A stretch of 63,988 bases of DNA, the filler included, from Octopus bimaculoides (Eukaryota): NCBI RefSeq assembly GCF_001194135.2. It is 4 parts of 3 records of this genome, joined end to end, with 100 filler letters (N's around TTAATTAATTAA, not from the genome) between each part and the next. Parts side by side here need not be neighbours in the genome. Positions count along the whole stretch, not along the records: positions 61,726 to 63,988 come from NW_026365539.1; 3 more parts are not named here. The stretch is one strand, 5' to 3'. Under the pieces are notes generated by a model that made no database searches, was not told the origin of the DNA, and was given only the letters and a program-made list of their open reading frames with translations. Below, in pieces: positions 61,800 through 63,988 of the stretch; the stretch's first letter is position 1; each line of letters begins with the position of its first letter. The translations under genes and the position numbers were made by a program.

Positions 61800-63240
61800 A
61801 GTGAGATTGGTGGTGGTGGTGGTGGTAGTTACGATGGTTGAAGTAGTGGCGTGATGGTAGTTGTTGTGGTGGTGGTCATGTTGGCCGTGGTATCATCACT
61901 GTAGTGATGATAGCGGCGGTACTGGTGGCGATAATGGTAATGGTAAGGGTAGTGTTGTTGTTGGTGGCGGTAGTGAGTGTGTTAGTGGTGGTGGTGGTGG
62001 TATTAGTGGTAGTGACGATGATGGTTGTGGTGATGTTGGAGGTGGTGGTAGTGGTGGTGATAGTGGTGGTGGTGGTGGTGGTGGTGGTAATGTGGGTAGT
62101 GGTATATACACACACATACACATGCACCACATACATAAGTGCAGGAACGAAATTCGTTTAGGGGCTGCAAATCCAAATCTAAGCGTTTTCATTGCCCTCC
62201 ATAAAATTTTAGGGATTGGAGTGGCATCCACTGCATCCCCTATTCCCGAGTCTATGACGACATAGCGCATATATCAACCTCATCAGCATCATCATCATCA
62301 TCATCATCGCTACCAACATCACCACCACCACAACCACCATCCCCGCCAGCACCATCACTACTAGCACCACCACTGCTGCCGCCATCATCACCACCAATTC
62401 CAGCAACACAACTATCACTACCACCGCTACCACCACCACCATCACCACCACCACCACCACAATCACCATCACCACCATTACCATCACCACCACCATCACC
62501 ATCACCATCATCACCACCATCATCATCATCTTCATCACCTCAATTATACCTGGAATACCAAACGGAAATGAAACTTTACTCTGCAACATGCCTATAGAGG
62601 ACATCCGGCCGAATTGAACTTCCGGTANNNNNNNNNNNNNNNNNNNNNNNNNNNNNNNNNNNNNNNNNNNNNNNNNNNNNNNNNNNNNNNNNNNNNNNNN
62701 NNNNNNNNNNNNNNNNNNNNNNNNNNNNNNNNNNNNNNNNNNNNNNNNNNNNNNNNNNNNNNNNNNNNNNNNNNNNNNNNNNNNNNNNNNNNNNNNNNNN
62801 NNNNNNNNNNNNNNNNNNNNNNNNNNNNNNNNNNNNNNNNNNNNNNNNNNNNNNNNNNNNNNNNNNNNNNNNNNNNNNNNNNNNNNNNNNNNNNNNNNNN
62901 NNNNNNNNNNNNNNNNNNNNNNNNNNNNNNNNNNNNNNNNNNNNNNNNNNNNNNNNNNNNNNNNNNNNNNNNNNNNNNNNNNNNNNNNNNNNNNNNNNNN
63001 NNNNNNNNNNNNNNNNNNNNNNNNNNNNNNNNNNNNNNNNNNNNNNNNNNNNNNNNNNNNNNNNNNNNNNNNNNNNNNNNNNNNNNNNNNNNNNNNNCAC
63101 CACCACCACCACCATCACCACCATAACCACAACCACCATCACCATCATCACCACAACCACCATCACCACCATCACCACCATTACCATTACCACCACCACC
63201 ACCATCACCATCATCACCACCATCATCATCATCTTCATCA
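61800..63240. repeat. (GGT)n then (CAC/CAT)n low-complexity tracts
   Basis: Direct inspection; interrupted by an N gap. Confidence 0.9.
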
Positions 63241-63988
63241 CCTCAATTATACCTGGAATACCAAACGGAAATGAAACTTTACTCTGCAACATGCCTATAG
63301 AGGACATCCGGCCGAATTGAACTTCCGGTACCGTAGAAATATTTGACAGGGAATTCCCAAAGAGATTCCAAAACCTCAATTATGGTGGTGAGGGGTGAGG
63401 GGTGAGAGGAAGAGAGGATAGAGCGGTGTTTCACACCCCCCTCTTTTCTTTTCCTTTTCTTTCTCTTTTCCACTCTCTCCGTCTTTTTTCCCTCCTTTTA
63501 TTCTTCTCTCCCTCTTTCGCCACATCCTGTTTTCTCTTCCTTTACGGAATCGCTACTTTTTCAGTTAAAACAACAACAACAACAACAACAGTGATAAGCA
63601 CAATAACATTAACAGCAATAACAACGACAACAAATTACGACACCAAACGACCTCAAACAACAATAAGAACAATAACAATTGCCACAATAATAAAAGCAAC
63701 GAGGACGGCGACAACAACCACAAGGCACCTCAACCATCATCATCAGTACCTGCATCATCACCGCCACCACCACCACCACCACCACCACCATATTTATCAT
63801 CAGCAACGATAAATATGATTTCATAATTTGGCACAGGGCCAGCAATTTCGGGGGGGAGGGGTAAATCGATTACATCGACCTTGGTGAACATCTTGTCTTT
63901 TAAACAAACAAACAAACAAACAAACATGAGTGTTTCTCTGCGTTAAATGGAGAAGCGGTGACGAGTGACAATTCGGATCTTGTTCAAA

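Noticed and set aside
61800-62600. Gly-, Pro-, Val- or Met-rich ORFs
   Set aside because: Trinucleotide low-complexity tracts, open on both strands.
62480-63330. Duplicated block around the 62628-63097 gap
   Set aside because: Identical unique sequence on both sides of a gap; most likely a scaffolding overlap, though a true tandem copy cannot be excluded.

Overview
Repeat-rich animal genomic DNA from a gapped short-read assembly, with many N runs flanked by microsatellites. The [11 protein letters not shown]-type zinc fingers, tRNA-derived SINEs and microsatellite load suggest an octopus or other coleoid cephalopod (inference). The only well-supported host gene is a 13-finger C2H2 zinc-finger ORF (17867-19045, +) with no effector domain. 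Downstream (21-32 kb) is a pile of decayed transposons whose coding remnants nearly all lie on +: Helitron helicase, Tc1, RTE LINEs, a Gypsy-type LTR element with the Gmr1-like order gag-PR-IN-RT-RH and a SCAN-like gag segment, and a Penelope-like element (RT + GIY-YIG). Elsewhere are hAT, maT/mariner-like, Tx1/L1 and R4/Dong-like remnants and several SINE families. The most notable signal is not in the ORF track: four type I hammerhead-ribozyme-like motifs. One perfect-core minimal hammerhead (61174-61213) sits about 100 nt downstream of a (TAACCC)5 telomeric array on the same strand. One minimal hammerhead lies in the Penelope 3' region (30685-30728). Two copies of an extended-stem family lie on the minus strand (35672-35746, 58973-59046). 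Most other ORF-track entries are microsatellite or N-gap artefacts. All motif assignments were made by eye, with no database searches, and repeat boundaries are approximate.
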